From Patescibacteria group bacterium (GTDB taxonomy: Bacteria; Patescibacteriota; Microgenomatia; UBA1400; PJMF01): a stretch of DNA of 64,000 nucleotides. The notes below the pieces were generated by a model. That model was not told the origin of the DNA. It ran no database searches and worked only from the letters and a program-made list of their open reading frames with translations. The stretch is from NCBI GenBank assembly GCA_045541795.1, contig JAZQJV010000010.1, positions 72,333 to 136,332 of the forward strand, given 5' to 3'. The position numbers and the translations under genes were made by a program. Every line of letters begins with the position of its first letter. Positions within the stretch are counted from its first letter, which is position 1. Of this stretch, positions 1 through 9,078 are shown one piece after another.

Positions 1-804
1 GGCCTCGCTGCCGGGGTAAAAAACCATCACCTTGCCATCTGGTACGGGTCTTGTGCTTTCTACATATTTACAATAGGCCACCAAATGATGCCAACCGCTA
101 AAGGTGGCAAAAAGAAATCCCGCCAAACCGTCTACATAACCACGGTGGCGCAAATAAATACTCCAAAAAGTACAAAAAGGTTTCCAAAAACAATACTTCC
201 ACAAATTCCAGCCATTTATCGGCACTTTTTGTTCGGCAAGCTGCATTGCTTTAAAACTCGTGTAGGTGTTAAACTTGCGCCAATAACTTTCTAAATCCGG
301 ATTAGCAAAATGCAACAAATGGCCATCAGCCGTCCCGATTTTTCCTTTTACTTTCATCTGTTCATGCACGTCTTTGCCGGGCAGATAAGCCTTACCTGCA
401 TAAAAAAGCCGGATCACGCTATCTGGATATTGCCCACCTTTTTGCAGCCAACGGCGCAAAAATAAATTTTTCCGCCGGATCTGCCACGCCGCGTATTTAT
501 CTGGTTTTTCGCGGTTTATCCGGATGACAAATTCCCGTAAACTGTTATCCACTACCTCATCCGCATCTAATTGTAAAATTACATCGCCGGCGGCGGCGTC
601 AATTGCCATTTGTTTATTGATGTGAAAGTTCGCTTTATTGGTAGTATTGATCACTCGTGCTCCAAAGCCTGCTGCAATCTCCACTGTTTTGTCGCTGGAC
701 TCTCCATCTACAATTACAATTTCATCTGCCCACTCACTCACGCTCGCTAAAGAATGAGCCAACGTTTTTTCTTCATTGTGGACTGCATACACGACACTGA
801 TCAT
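1..804 (-). CDS. Glycosyltransferase family 2 (polyprenol-phosphate sugar synthase-like); partial, C-terminus runs off the window start
   Basis: My own reverse-strand translation from the ATG (rc) at 802-804 reads MISVVYAVHNEEKTLAHSLASVSEWADEIVIVDGESSDKT...QLDADEVVD, with the GT2 DXD/DAD signature. It is not in the ORF track because no stop codon falls inside the window. Its start overlaps the stop of the downstream gene in an ATGA arrangement. Confidence 0.6.
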   Translation of the reverse strand, partial: MISVVYAVHNEEKTLAHSLASVSEWADEIVIVDGESSDKTVEIAAGFGARVINTTNKANFHINKQMAIDAAAGDVILQLDADEVVDNSLREFVIRINREKPDKYAAWQIRRKNLFLRRWLQKGGQYPDSVIRLFYAGKAYLPGKDVHEQMKVKGKIGTADGHLLHFANPDLESYWRKFNTYTSFKAMQLAEQKVPINGWNLWKYCFWKPFCTFWSIYLRHRGYVDGLAGFLFATFSGWHHLVAYCKYVESTRPVPDGKVMVFYPGSEA

Positions 805-2438
805 CTCACCCTTTCCCACGCCTGCGTTTCCTCATTATACCATATCACTTGCGAATAGCTACTATCATCAAAATCTAGATCACTAAAATGATACTGTAAC
901 AAATCGCTGCCAGCTTTTATGCCTGCCAGATCAGCATTTTCTCGTGAGAGTGTCGTCCAAAAAAGCTGAGGATCTAATTTTAAAAGCCACGCGAGTTTGA
1001 TATACTCATATTGTCTTTCCGCCGTCCGGACCAAAACCGGCCGGTTATTATCAAGCTCGCTCAAGACTTTTTCCATCCCCGTGTGATAAATATTCGTTTG
1101 GGGCAGCTCAGTAAAATACCGATAAACATACATTCCTGTTTCCGCCAGTTGTACGCCCACAATTACGCCCACCGCAATCAGTATGTACTTTTGCTTTATC
1201 TGTTTTTTTAACTTCCGAAATAAGTGACAAACGGTCACTGCGCTCATCACTGTCAAAAGATAAAAAAACTCTAAGCTCCGGGTAGCATGAGGACTATCAG
1301 TCGTAATCACGCTCGGCACCAGCGCGCCAAACAATACAAAGGCCAGCACTAAATACGGCGATGTCAAAAATGACCGCCAACTTTTCTTCCTCCAAGAGGT
1401 GGCCATATCACGTACCACCATTCCCAAAAAATAAAGCAGCGCCACATATATTATCACCGTTGTCATCAGCGTCAGATGGCCGCTACCAGCCAGTTGATGC
1501 CACGGATGAGTCCCGCCTCGCCACCAAAAACCAGGTGCCAAGCTCGAGAGAGTATTGCCGGCCAGCCGTCCGGCCAAATACACATATTTGCTTCCGGCAA
1601 ACGCCCGCAGCCATCCTGGTAAATTTTCCCGGTAAATCAAGTAAAAATGATGCACAGTGGGATCAGAAAAAAGCGTAATCCCGCCTTTTTGTGCCGTCAC
1701 CGGCAAAAGAATACTCCAGCACAAAATGACGCTCACGCTCATTGTCACAAGTAGCGGCAGCCACCACTGCCAGCCTCGCTGCCAACCGCACCAGACTACT
1801 ATTATTAATAGTACACTCGTGATCAAAAGCGGCGCATTATATGTCAAAAAACTTGCAACCAACAGCACAAAAATAGTCACGAGCTGCCACAACGTCCAGC
1901 TCTTTTGACTCCTCCACGCTTTTGCAACCAAATACACTGCCGCCACCCACAAGCACATGCCCACGTTTGCCTCCCAAGCTCCACGGCTATACCAAATAAA
2001 AATCGGATTAGCGCTCACCAATAATGCACTGATGAGCCCTGCAATTTTGCCATTTTTTTGTCCACCAAATAGCTGCCCCAGCGCATATGCCAAGATGATC
2101 AGCACCGTCCCAGAAATTACAGACGGCAGCCGTACCAACAAATCAGGTTTTATATACCGATCAAGGCCAAGGCGGTATAAGCCCACTAAAAGATATGGAT
2201 ACCCCGGCAATTTTTGGTCGCCAAAGCTTTCCAAAAAAATCGGCCACACCCGCCGCCACTCGTCCATCCCCGTGTGCGAGAGCAAATATGCATTATAAGC
2301 CAGCGCTGCTTCATCACGATTGAGTCCTGCCGGCAGCTCGCCCACTTGATGTAGGCGGATGATCAATCCCGCCATCACTATCAGCGCCAACAGAAATTTT
2401 TGCCAATAAGCCGCAAAAAATTGTCGCCATTTATTCAT
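801..2438 (-). CDS. GT-C fold membrane glycosyltransferase, PMT/ArnT-like (dolichyl- or polyprenyl-phosphate-sugar dependent)
   Basis: 545 aa with many TM segments. N-terminal loop motif LNRDEAALAYNAYLL...FGDQKLPGYPYLL, typical of the PMT_2/GT39/GT83 family. Confidence 0.7.
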   Translation of the reverse strand: MNKWRQFFAAYWQKFLLALIVMAGLIIRLHQVGELPAGLNRDEAALAYNAYLLSHTGMDEWRRVWPIFLESFGDQKLPGYPYLLVGLYRLGLDRYIKPDLLVRLPSVISGTVLIILAYALGQLFGGQKNGKIAGLISALLVSANPIFIWYSRGAWEANVGMCLWVAAVYLVAKAWRSQKSWTLWQLVTIFVLLVASFLTYNAPLLITSVLLIIVVWCGWQRGWQWWLPLLVTMSVSVILCWSILLPVTAQKGGITLFSDPTVHHFYLIYRENLPGWLRAFAGSKYVYLAGRLAGNTLSSLAPGFWWRGGTHPWHQLAGSGHLTLMTTVIIYVALLYFLGMVVRDMATSWRKKSWRSFLTSPYLVLAFVLFGALVPSVITTDSPHATRSLEFFYLLTVMSAVTVCHLFRKLKKQIKQKYILIAVGVIVGVQLAETGMYVYRYFTELPQTNIYHTGMEKVLSELDNNRPVLVRTAERQYEYIKLAWLLKLDPQLFWTTLSRENADLAGIKAGSDLLQYHFSDLDFDDSSYSQVIWYNEETQAWERVR

Positions 2439-4179
2439 GACTACTTTCTAGTGGCACCCAGTGCCCTACCGCGAGCACTGGTTTGCCACCTACATCCTCG
2501 ATCACTGCTGCTTCTGGCGTCGCTGTCAGCTGTGTCGATTCTGCCATCGTCAGCACAAAAAGTTGTTCCTTTTCTTCCCAACCCGGGCCAAACTTGATTT
2601 TATCTGGTGTATAAGTAATGTATTCAGCCTGATCATAGCCCTGTTCACCGGCTATCGCTTGCAAACTCGCCGGCGCGATCTGCCGATACCAAAAATAATA
2701 AACCGCCGGCCGCCCCAGCTCACGCGTCACGTACACCGGTAGCTGAGGATATTTTTCCTGCCACGCCGCCAATTCACGGTAAGCCGCCTCATATCCGTCT
2801 TGCCAGTCACCAGCAAAAGCGCGCGGATAATAGACGTGATAATAATAAAGCCAGGCTGCCAACATGCCAACGTAAATCAGCGTGACAACCATCACCAGCC
2901 ATGGCCGCCATCTTTTTCCCACCAAGTTCATTACTTCCACCCAGCCAGCAGCCACCACCATCAGCAGTAGCGGCAGCAATGTCAGCGTCCGCAGCAAATG
3001 CGGTGTCGCTCGAGTGAAGCTGGCCGGCAAGACCGCGATCACTAGCCAAAAAAGCAGCCACGCTAGCCGTTCTTGACGACGGCGCCAATTCTTACTTAAA
3101 TACACGACACCCAAAAACAGCGCGATCATTTCTACCGGATACAGCACACCAAAAAGCCCCACACTATGGCGGCGATTTACATCTCCATGGAAGAATAAAT
3201 AATCCCAAGTGAAATGATCGCCAAAATTTTGTAAAATCTGCCGCGCAAAAAACCAGTAGCGATGACACCACCACCGAGCCAATAAACCCTCGCCTCCCAG
3301 CTGCCGGCACTGATTACTCTGTTTGATAATCTCCACGTCACTAAAAATCGACGTTTCGCTAAAGCGATTTGTCAGTGAACGCTTACTATCTAATACAAAA
3401 GGCGTCAACGCCACCATCGCCAGTATCGACATTACACCTAGACTACGCCAGATCTTGCGCCATCGTTGTGGCGCCTCCCGCGCCAGCTTATGCCAACGCC
3501 ACCACAATAAATAAATGCCTGCCAGAGGGGCAATCACCCGCAAAGAGTGATAAGTATAAAAACTCAAAAGTAAACACACTTCACCACCTACAGCCGGCCA
3601 ATCAAACTTCGGCATAAATTTTTTTTCACTTTTTTCAGTTTTGCGGTCCGCTGAAGGATAAAGTAAATACACACCGCCCAAGAAAAAAGCCGTCGCCAAC
3701 ACTGTCTCAAAACCTACATGCCCCAAATGTATAAAACTCGGATTGATCGCCACCAAAAGCATCACTAAGTTTTCCCACCACCAATATTTATTTTTTAATT
3801 CTGGGAAAACTTTTCCCGCTAGTCTCCCAGCCAGCCACACGATCATGACACTTGCAAGCAAACTCGGCACTTTGACCGCCAAAAGCTGCGGCCCTATTAC
3901 CATCATGACTAAGGCCACCGCATAAAAATAACCACTAGGCTTGTAATCACCAAAACTCACCAGTGCGCTCGCCGGCAAAAAATTACCATGCATGTCGCGC
4001 GCGGTAGTCGCCAGTGACCAACCATCGTAAGCTAAAGCCATCTCATCCCAATAAACACTCGGCGGGACTTGGCCCAAACCCCACACGCGCAGCAAAAAAG
4101 CCACAAATAAAATCAAAATACTCAAATAAAAAGGATGCTGTCGTATTTTCCTCCACCAGTTAGCAGCTACCTTCATCAT
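2431..4179 (-). CDS. GT-C fold membrane glycosyltransferase, PMT/ArnT-like, with C-terminal soluble domain
   Basis: 582 aa. VYWDEMALAYDGWSL...FGDYKPSGYFYAV loop-1 DE motif, multi-TM N-terminal half, soluble C-terminal 150 aa. Paralog of 801-2438. Confidence 0.7.
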   Translation of the reverse strand: MMKVAANWWRKIRQHPFYLSILILFVAFLLRVWGLGQVPPSVYWDEMALAYDGWSLATTARDMHGNFLPASALVSFGDYKPSGYFYAVALVMMVIGPQLLAVKVPSLLASVMIVWLAGRLAGKVFPELKNKYWWWENLVMLLVAINPSFIHLGHVGFETVLATAFFLGGVYLLYPSADRKTEKSEKKFMPKFDWPAVGGEVCLLLSFYTYHSLRVIAPLAGIYLLWWRWHKLAREAPQRWRKIWRSLGVMSILAMVALTPFVLDSKRSLTNRFSETSIFSDVEIIKQSNQCRQLGGEGLLARWWCHRYWFFARQILQNFGDHFTWDYLFFHGDVNRRHSVGLFGVLYPVEMIALFLGVVYLSKNWRRRQERLAWLLFWLVIAVLPASFTRATPHLLRTLTLLPLLLMVVAAGWVEVMNLVGKRWRPWLVMVVTLIYVGMLAAWLYYYHVYYPRAFAGDWQDGYEAAYRELAAWQEKYPQLPVYVTRELGRPAVYYFWYRQIAPASLQAIAGEQGYDQAEYITYTPDKIKFGPGWEEKEQLFVLTMAESTQLTATPEAAVIEDVGGKPVLAVGHWVPLESSHE

Positions 4180-6887
4180 TCACTTTCTTCTAATTCTGTC
4201 TCCAACGTCGTGACAGGCGCCGTCTTCGTAATGCACCAAGCCAAATGATGCCACGGCCCAAAATAATAATTGTTGGTATGAGCACACTGACTAGCAATCA
4301 TCGCTTTCATATGTTCATCAATCTCCAGTGGCGAGTAAATTACTGCCGTCTTACTTTTTTGTAAGTGACTACTTGTCAGTTTACCTGTAAACATATATTT
4401 TTCCGAAAGCTTACCAAAGCGATAGGCTTCCGGGCTCAAATGCTCAGCCAGCAAAGCATAAATGTAAGGTTGTTCCAGACTGCTTGCAAAAATAATTTGA
4501 TCAAATTCACTATTTTTTACCGATAAATCAGCAAAAACATCCAGCAAATTTACCGCAAACAAATACGCGGCGTCCTTTTGCAACTCGCCAATCCGGCCAG
4601 CGCGTACCTGTTCACCAGTCGTGACTGTCACCTGCGACACCGGCGCAAAAATCTGCTGATAATGAACCCATGCTACCATCCATTCCAGAGTAATAATCAC
4701 CATCGTCATCATCACACAGCTTGGATAATACATCGCGCGCGCACGCCACCAGCGCCGCCACGCCACCAAAGCCAATACATCCAAAATGACCACACCTACC
4801 ACCACCGGCAGCGCTTGGTTACTATGCGGGATCTGATCAGTGATCGCTGCTGGGACCAGCCCACCAAAAAATAAAGCCAGGCCCAGTAAGGCAACTTTAC
4901 CATATTGCCGGCGCCAATCGGCAAAAATCACCACTGTCGCCAAAAGAATCAGCAGTAGCGGCAATTCTGCCCACCAGAGCACGCCAAAAGTTGCATCGCC
5001 ATGTCGCACGTTTGCCGCTTGCCGGCCGTAAACTTGCGCGTCAATCGTCGCTCCGCCCCAGAGGAAATCCGGACTCAAGTACTGTCCATAGTGCTGACTA
5101 AATCGTGACCATTTCTCACCCACGCTCAAGCTCTCATCGCTCAAAAAAGAAGAACTGCCGCGCGAAAGACCCAAGCCTTTACCAGTGAGCTGTCCGTCAC
5201 CGCAAACCCCACCCTGCCAGTGCGGCTGGCCGTCTACACTTTGTGACCACGCCAGCAAGGTAAATGGCCGCTCTGGCGCCACCTCACAAAAACTATCCTG
5301 GAGTAGGGGAGTAAGCAAAACCACACCGGCCGCCACTGGTGCCAGCAAAACCCGCCGGCACCGCCACAGTCGACGGCCAAAAAGCACCGCCACCGCCAGC
5401 AAAATCAAAAACACCGTAATTTTGGCCGAGTGATAGCTATAAAGCGCCGCCACCAAAGCCAGCATACTCCCCACAAGCGGCCCGCACCACCATTTATCCG
5501 CCCAGTAATTACCATTGTCATCAGTCTCACTGGCCCCAAACTTTGCCAACCCATAAATGGCCGCCAACTGGAAAACAAGTGCCAGCCCACTTTCAAATCC
5601 CAGATGTGAAAAATGGAAATGCCACCAAGAAAGCGTCAGTAACGCGCCTGCCAAAGCCGCATACGTCAGGTGATGCTTATTTTTTTCGCGCAAAAGCAAA
5701 TCCGTCAATTTCATCACCAACCACACGCTCATCACACCGGCCAGCGCAAAAGGCAAACGCACAGCCCAAATCTGCCGACCAAGCATCAGCTGGAAAGCAC
5801 CCACCAAATACACCGCCAACGGCGCTTTATAATCACCAAAAGACCGAAACGTCACCGGTAAAAAATTCAGCCATTCATCACGTCTGGTCTCCCACACGCT
5901 GATACCATTATAAGCCAGCGCCGCCTCATCTACTGTCAGTCCGCGCGGCATCTCTAACAGACCCAAACGAGTGACCAGTGCTGCTATCAAGACGACAGCC
6001 CATAAGCGTAGTGCCGGGAATTGCTTGAGCTGCCAATACCAGTAAAAAAACAAAAATTGCCATTTCTGCCGTCCACGGGCGTGTTTCCAAGCGAACTTCG
6101 TGCCGCCCCGCCAGCTCATCGCCGCAATTTTCTCCTCACCAAAAACATCTTTGTTTGTGGTCTCATGTACGTGCTCCACCACGGCTTTGTGGCAGTAAAG
6201 CACCTGCCAGCCGCGCGCTCGCGCTGAGTATGAAATATCTATATCTTCCCAATAAGCCGGGTAAAACTTAGTGTCAAACCCGCCCAAAAGCCGCCACTTG
6301 GTGATGTCAAAAAGACTGCTGCCACCGCACGCCCACGCCGTCTCGCCCGAATGATCCAGATTATCATCGCGCCGGTGCCAAAATCTACCCTTACTCCACC
6401 AAAGCTGATTACGCCCGCTTACCTGGCTGCCATGATTGACGTCAATTTCGCACGCGCTCACCGCAAAAACACTGTCGCCATTTTGCATCATCGCCCACAA
6501 ATTGTCTCGCACTCCCGCTCTGGGGCGCACGTCATTATTGAGCAACAAAAAATAGTCATTGTCTATCAGCGCTACTGTATCATTGACATTACGCGCAAAC
6601 CGCCCACACCGGTAGCGCTGAAAAAAAGAAATGGTAATCGGCTTGCCGTGCTCACTAATCCGCGCCCGGTACAACTGCCCCGCCGCACTCACATCTGGGA
6701 TCAGCTGTAAATCATACTTTTGGCGGAAATAGCGTAAATTTTCCAAATTGCCCGCCGCATCCTCACTGATGAGTAGTTCATCTCCGGCTTGCATCTGCGC
6801 CAGCACACTCGGCAAATTTTTCTCCAGCAAATGTTTTCCATTATAGGTAGGGATTAAAAAAGTAATTGCCGTGTGTTTTTTTGCCAT
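4176..6887 (-). CDS. Bifunctional fusion: N-terminal GT2 domain fused to C-terminal PMT/ArnT-like GT-C membrane domain
   Basis: N-terminus MAKKHTAITFLIPTYNGK...LLLNNDVRP...YWEDID gives a GT-A/GT2 fold. From about residue 320, LTVDEAALAYNGISVWETRRDEWLNFLPVTFRSFGDYKAPLAVYLV plus about 10 TM helices give a GT-C fold. I prefer the start at the internal Met at 6887, which leaves 1 nt before the upstream GT4 stop codon at 6889-6891. The longest ORF start at 6938 would overlap the GT4 gene by 50 nt. Confidence 0.65.
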   Translation of the reverse strand: MAKKHTAITFLIPTYNGKHLLEKNLPSVLAQMQAGDELLISEDAAGNLENLRYFRQKYDLQLIPDVSAAGQLYRARISEHGKPITISFFQRYRCGRFARNVNDTVALIDNDYFLLLNNDVRPRAGVRDNLWAMMQNGDSVFAVSACEIDVNHGSQVSGRNQLWWSKGRFWHRRDDNLDHSGETAWACGGSSLFDITKWRLLGGFDTKFYPAYWEDIDISYSARARGWQVLYCHKAVVEHVHETTNKDVFGEEKIAAMSWRGGTKFAWKHARGRQKWQFLFFYWYWQLKQFPALRLWAVVLIAALVTRLGLLEMPRGLTVDEAALAYNGISVWETRRDEWLNFLPVTFRSFGDYKAPLAVYLVGAFQLMLGRQIWAVRLPFALAGVMSVWLVMKLTDLLLREKNKHHLTYAALAGALLTLSWWHFHFSHLGFESGLALVFQLAAIYGLAKFGASETDDNGNYWADKWWCGPLVGSMLALVAALYSYHSAKITVFLILLAVAVLFGRRLWRCRRVLLAPVAAGVVLLTPLLQDSFCEVAPERPFTLLAWSQSVDGQPHWQGGVCGDGQLTGKGLGLSRGSSSFLSDESLSVGEKWSRFSQHYGQYLSPDFLWGGATIDAQVYGRQAANVRHGDATFGVLWWAELPLLLILLATVVIFADWRRQYGKVALLGLALFFGGLVPAAITDQIPHSNQALPVVVGVVILDVLALVAWRRWWRARAMYYPSCVMMTMVIITLEWMVAWVHYQQIFAPVSQVTVTTGEQVRAGRIGELQKDAAYLFAVNLLDVFADLSVKNSEFDQIIFASSLEQPYIYALLAEHLSPEAYRFGKLSEKYMFTGKLTSSHLQKSKTAVIYSPLEIDEHMKAMIASQCAHTNNYYFGPWHHLAWCITKTAPVTTLETELEESE

Positions 6888-6888
6888 G

Positions 6889-7983
6889 CTACATTTCCAA
6901 CATTTGCCAACATCTTTTTTCAAAGTTGGCCAAATCAAATTTCTCGGCCCGCTCGCGCACCTGCAGACTCACCTCGCGGCGCATCTTCTCACTTTTGATA
7001 AATTTGCGCGTGATTTTGAGGCACTCAGCTTCTGTGAGCCAACCAAGATACCGCAGTTTATTGCCCAAAATTTCTTTTTGTCCACCCTTGGCGATCACCA
7101 CTGGCACGCAACCTGCTGCCATCGCTTCTACGGTAGAAATACCGAAGTGTTCCATTTTTTCTGGGTGGACGTTTTCGTCATCCGTCGCGCCAGTAGCGTG
7201 CCAATAAATCGCGGCGCGCGCGTAATAATCCAAAAGTTTTGCCCGGTCCACATCAGTAATTATTTCCACCGGCAAATCCCTAGCTATCGCTTGCACTTTT
7301 TGCAGATAATCCATACTCTCCACCGAGCCAATCAGTACCAATTTCCAGCCAGCCAGCAGCTGCGGATTTCTATCCCGCAAACGGCGGAAAGCTTCCACCA
7401 GCAAATGTTGATTTTTTGTATGCAAACTATCAAAAAAACGGCCTACATTCAAAATAATTTTTTCTTTCTCTACCGTCTTTTCTTGCAAAGCCTTCACGTC
7501 TACTCCTGGCTGGCATACCAAATCCACCTTGATCTGCCAAAATTTTTCCACTACTTTTTTGGTAAAAAGTGAATTCGTATTGATTACCTGGAAACGTTTA
7601 AATTTGGCTTTTTCCCGGCCTGAGCGCGGAGCTAGGGTCAGCGGCACCTGGATATGCATGATGTTACGCCTGGCCAAAGAAAAAAAAGCACTACCATCCG
7701 TCACGAAGTAAAGACAATCATACCCTCTCGTCCACCACAATTTCCTGAGCCGTCGGCCTTTCATGCCCAAAGGTGTCGCCACAAAATGTAATTTATCCAG
7801 TTTCCGGCCCAAAAAGTGTTCGTACTTTTTTTTGATCGCGTCCAAATCCGTCTTGATGCGCCCGGCGCAAATAGCGATCGTCACGTCATGTTTGCTGGCA
7901 TAAACAAGCGCTGTATCCAGCAAATACTTCTCTCCACCTCCAAAATGATCTGGTAAGTATGGTGAATAAAAAGCTATTTTCAT
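6889..7983 (-). CDS. Glycosyltransferase family 4 (GT-B fold, retaining)
   Basis: 364 aa. C-terminal EX7E-type motif HFGISTVEAMAAGCVPVV. N-terminal MKIAFYSPYLPDHFGGGEKY is typical of GT4. Confidence 0.75.
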   Translation of the reverse strand: MKIAFYSPYLPDHFGGGEKYLLDTALVYASKHDVTIAICAGRIKTDLDAIKKKYEHFLGRKLDKLHFVATPLGMKGRRLRKLWWTRGYDCLYFVTDGSAFFSLARRNIMHIQVPLTLAPRSGREKAKFKRFQVINTNSLFTKKVVEKFWQIKVDLVCQPGVDVKALQEKTVEKEKIILNVGRFFDSLHTKNQHLLVEAFRRLRDRNPQLLAGWKLVLIGSVESMDYLQKVQAIARDLPVEIITDVDRAKLLDYYARAAIYWHATGATDDENVHPEKMEHFGISTVEAMAAGCVPVVIAKGGQKEILGNKLRYLGWLTEAECLKITRKFIKSEKMRREVSLQVRERAEKFDLANFEKRCWQMLEM

Positions 7984-8000
7984 AAATTTTCTGTATTATA

Positions 8001-8825
8001 CTATACTTTTCCTGGTTTTAATGAAGCAATCACTTGCTGTTCTAGGTCCTCATATTTTTCACTTATCGTGGGTCGCTGCTGCAATTCCCAGATCTGGATA
8101 AAAACAAACGCCCGGTTGCAGGCTTGTACCAGTGCTTCCACAAAACCCACCATCCCGTCGCGGTATCCTTTTTGCCGACAATAACGCCGATAAAATTCCA
8201 TCACCATTTTGCGCAAGATCGTCCCGGGCGTGACCAGCGGCCAGCCGTCGGCGACGTAAGCCTCCGCCTCCTTGATCGTCCAGCGGCTACTTTTAGCTAA
8301 ATTAGCCGCCGTATCCCGGTGGGTAAAATGTAGTAAGGGATTACTCAAATCTCCTGTTTTACCTTCATATATAGGACTTTCATGAATAGCACCTTTCCAG
8401 CCAGTCAGCGCCCCGCGCCGGAAAATCCTAGTCACGTAGTCTTCTTGCCAGCCGCCAGCCGTCATCGCCTCACCATAATGATAATCTTGCCGGCGCGCTC
8501 TCCAAGCACTAATTTGCGGATCAGCCAGCTTGTCGCGCATCTCCGCCAGCAGGGCACCATTTACCCGCTCGTCAGCATCCAAGTAAAAAACCCATTCAGT
8601 CTGTACCTCAGCCAAAAACTCACTCCGGATCGCAGCGAAATCCTCACTAGCAGTTTCCCGCCACGAAGCACCATTTTCCCGGGCCACCTGCTCGCTTTCA
8701 TCCCGGCAATGATTGCCGACCACCCACACAGCCTGCGCCCAAAAAAGCTGAGGCAAAAGATGGCGCAAATTGGCGGCCTCATCACGGGCGATAATGATCA
8801 GTGTCACTGACAATTGATTCGTCAT
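8001..8825 (-). CDS. Glycosyltransferase family 2
   Basis: 274 aa with VTLIIIARDEAANL and YLDADERV (DXD) motifs. The extended -10 TGGTATAAT (rc of 8833-8841) lies 7 nt from the start codon. Confidence 0.75.
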   Translation of the reverse strand: MTNQLSVTLIIIARDEAANLRHLLPQLFWAQAVWVVGNHCRDESEQVARENGASWRETASEDFAAIRSEFLAEVQTEWVFYLDADERVNGALLAEMRDKLADPQISAWRARRQDYHYGEAMTAGGWQEDYVTRIFRRGALTGWKGAIHESPIYEGKTGDLSNPLLHFTHRDTAANLAKSSRWTIKEAEAYVADGWPLVTPGTILRKMVMEFYRRYCRQKGYRDGMVGFVEALVQACNRAFVFIQIWELQQRPTISEKYEDLEQQVIASLKPGKV

Positions 8826-8912
8826 GTGGGTATTATACCACAGGTGCCAACGAGTCCCAAACTACAAACTAACTAATGACAGTTGGTAATAATTAGTTAC
8901 CAGCAATTTATA

Positions 8913-9013
8913 ATTGAGTATTTATTGTATACAATAAATTAATTTAATACCTATACATCAGCATTTTTAAAATACGTTATTTTCATTAGCAGACGGAGTG
9001 TGAGACTGCTAAT
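8913..9013 (+). repeat. Copy A of a roughly 100-bp dispersed intergenic element, about 80% identical to 15652-15751
   Basis: Contains a perfect 20-bp palindrome ATTTATTGTATACAATAAAT (8920-8939) and a hairpin ATTAGCAG-N13-CTGCTAAT (8985-9013). Aligned by eye to copy B. Confidence 0.7.
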
Positions 9014-9033
9014 CATTGCGTCACAATTGCCAC

Positions 9034-9061
9034 TTGCATTTTTGCGGAAGGAGAGTATAAT
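9034..9061 (+). promoter_or_regulatory. Sigma70-like promoter for cassette 1: TTGCAT, 16-nt spacer, TATAAT
   Basis: TTGCAT at 9034-9039 and TATAAT at 9056-9061, about 18 nt upstream of the ATG at 9079. Confidence 0.5.
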
Positions 9062-9078
9062 GATCACAGAAAGTAATT

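Noticed and set aside
4176-6938. Longest-ORF start for the GT2::GT-C fusion (920 aa)
   Set aside because: That start would overlap the upstream co-directional GT4 gene by 50 nt. The internal Met at 6887 lies 1 nt past the GT4 stop codon and gives a canonical GT2 N-terminus (MAKKHTAITFLIPTYNG).
6871-7572. 233-aa plus-strand ORF
   Set aside because: It is antisense to the well-supported GT4 gene (6889-7983), with no motifs. It is a shadow ORF.
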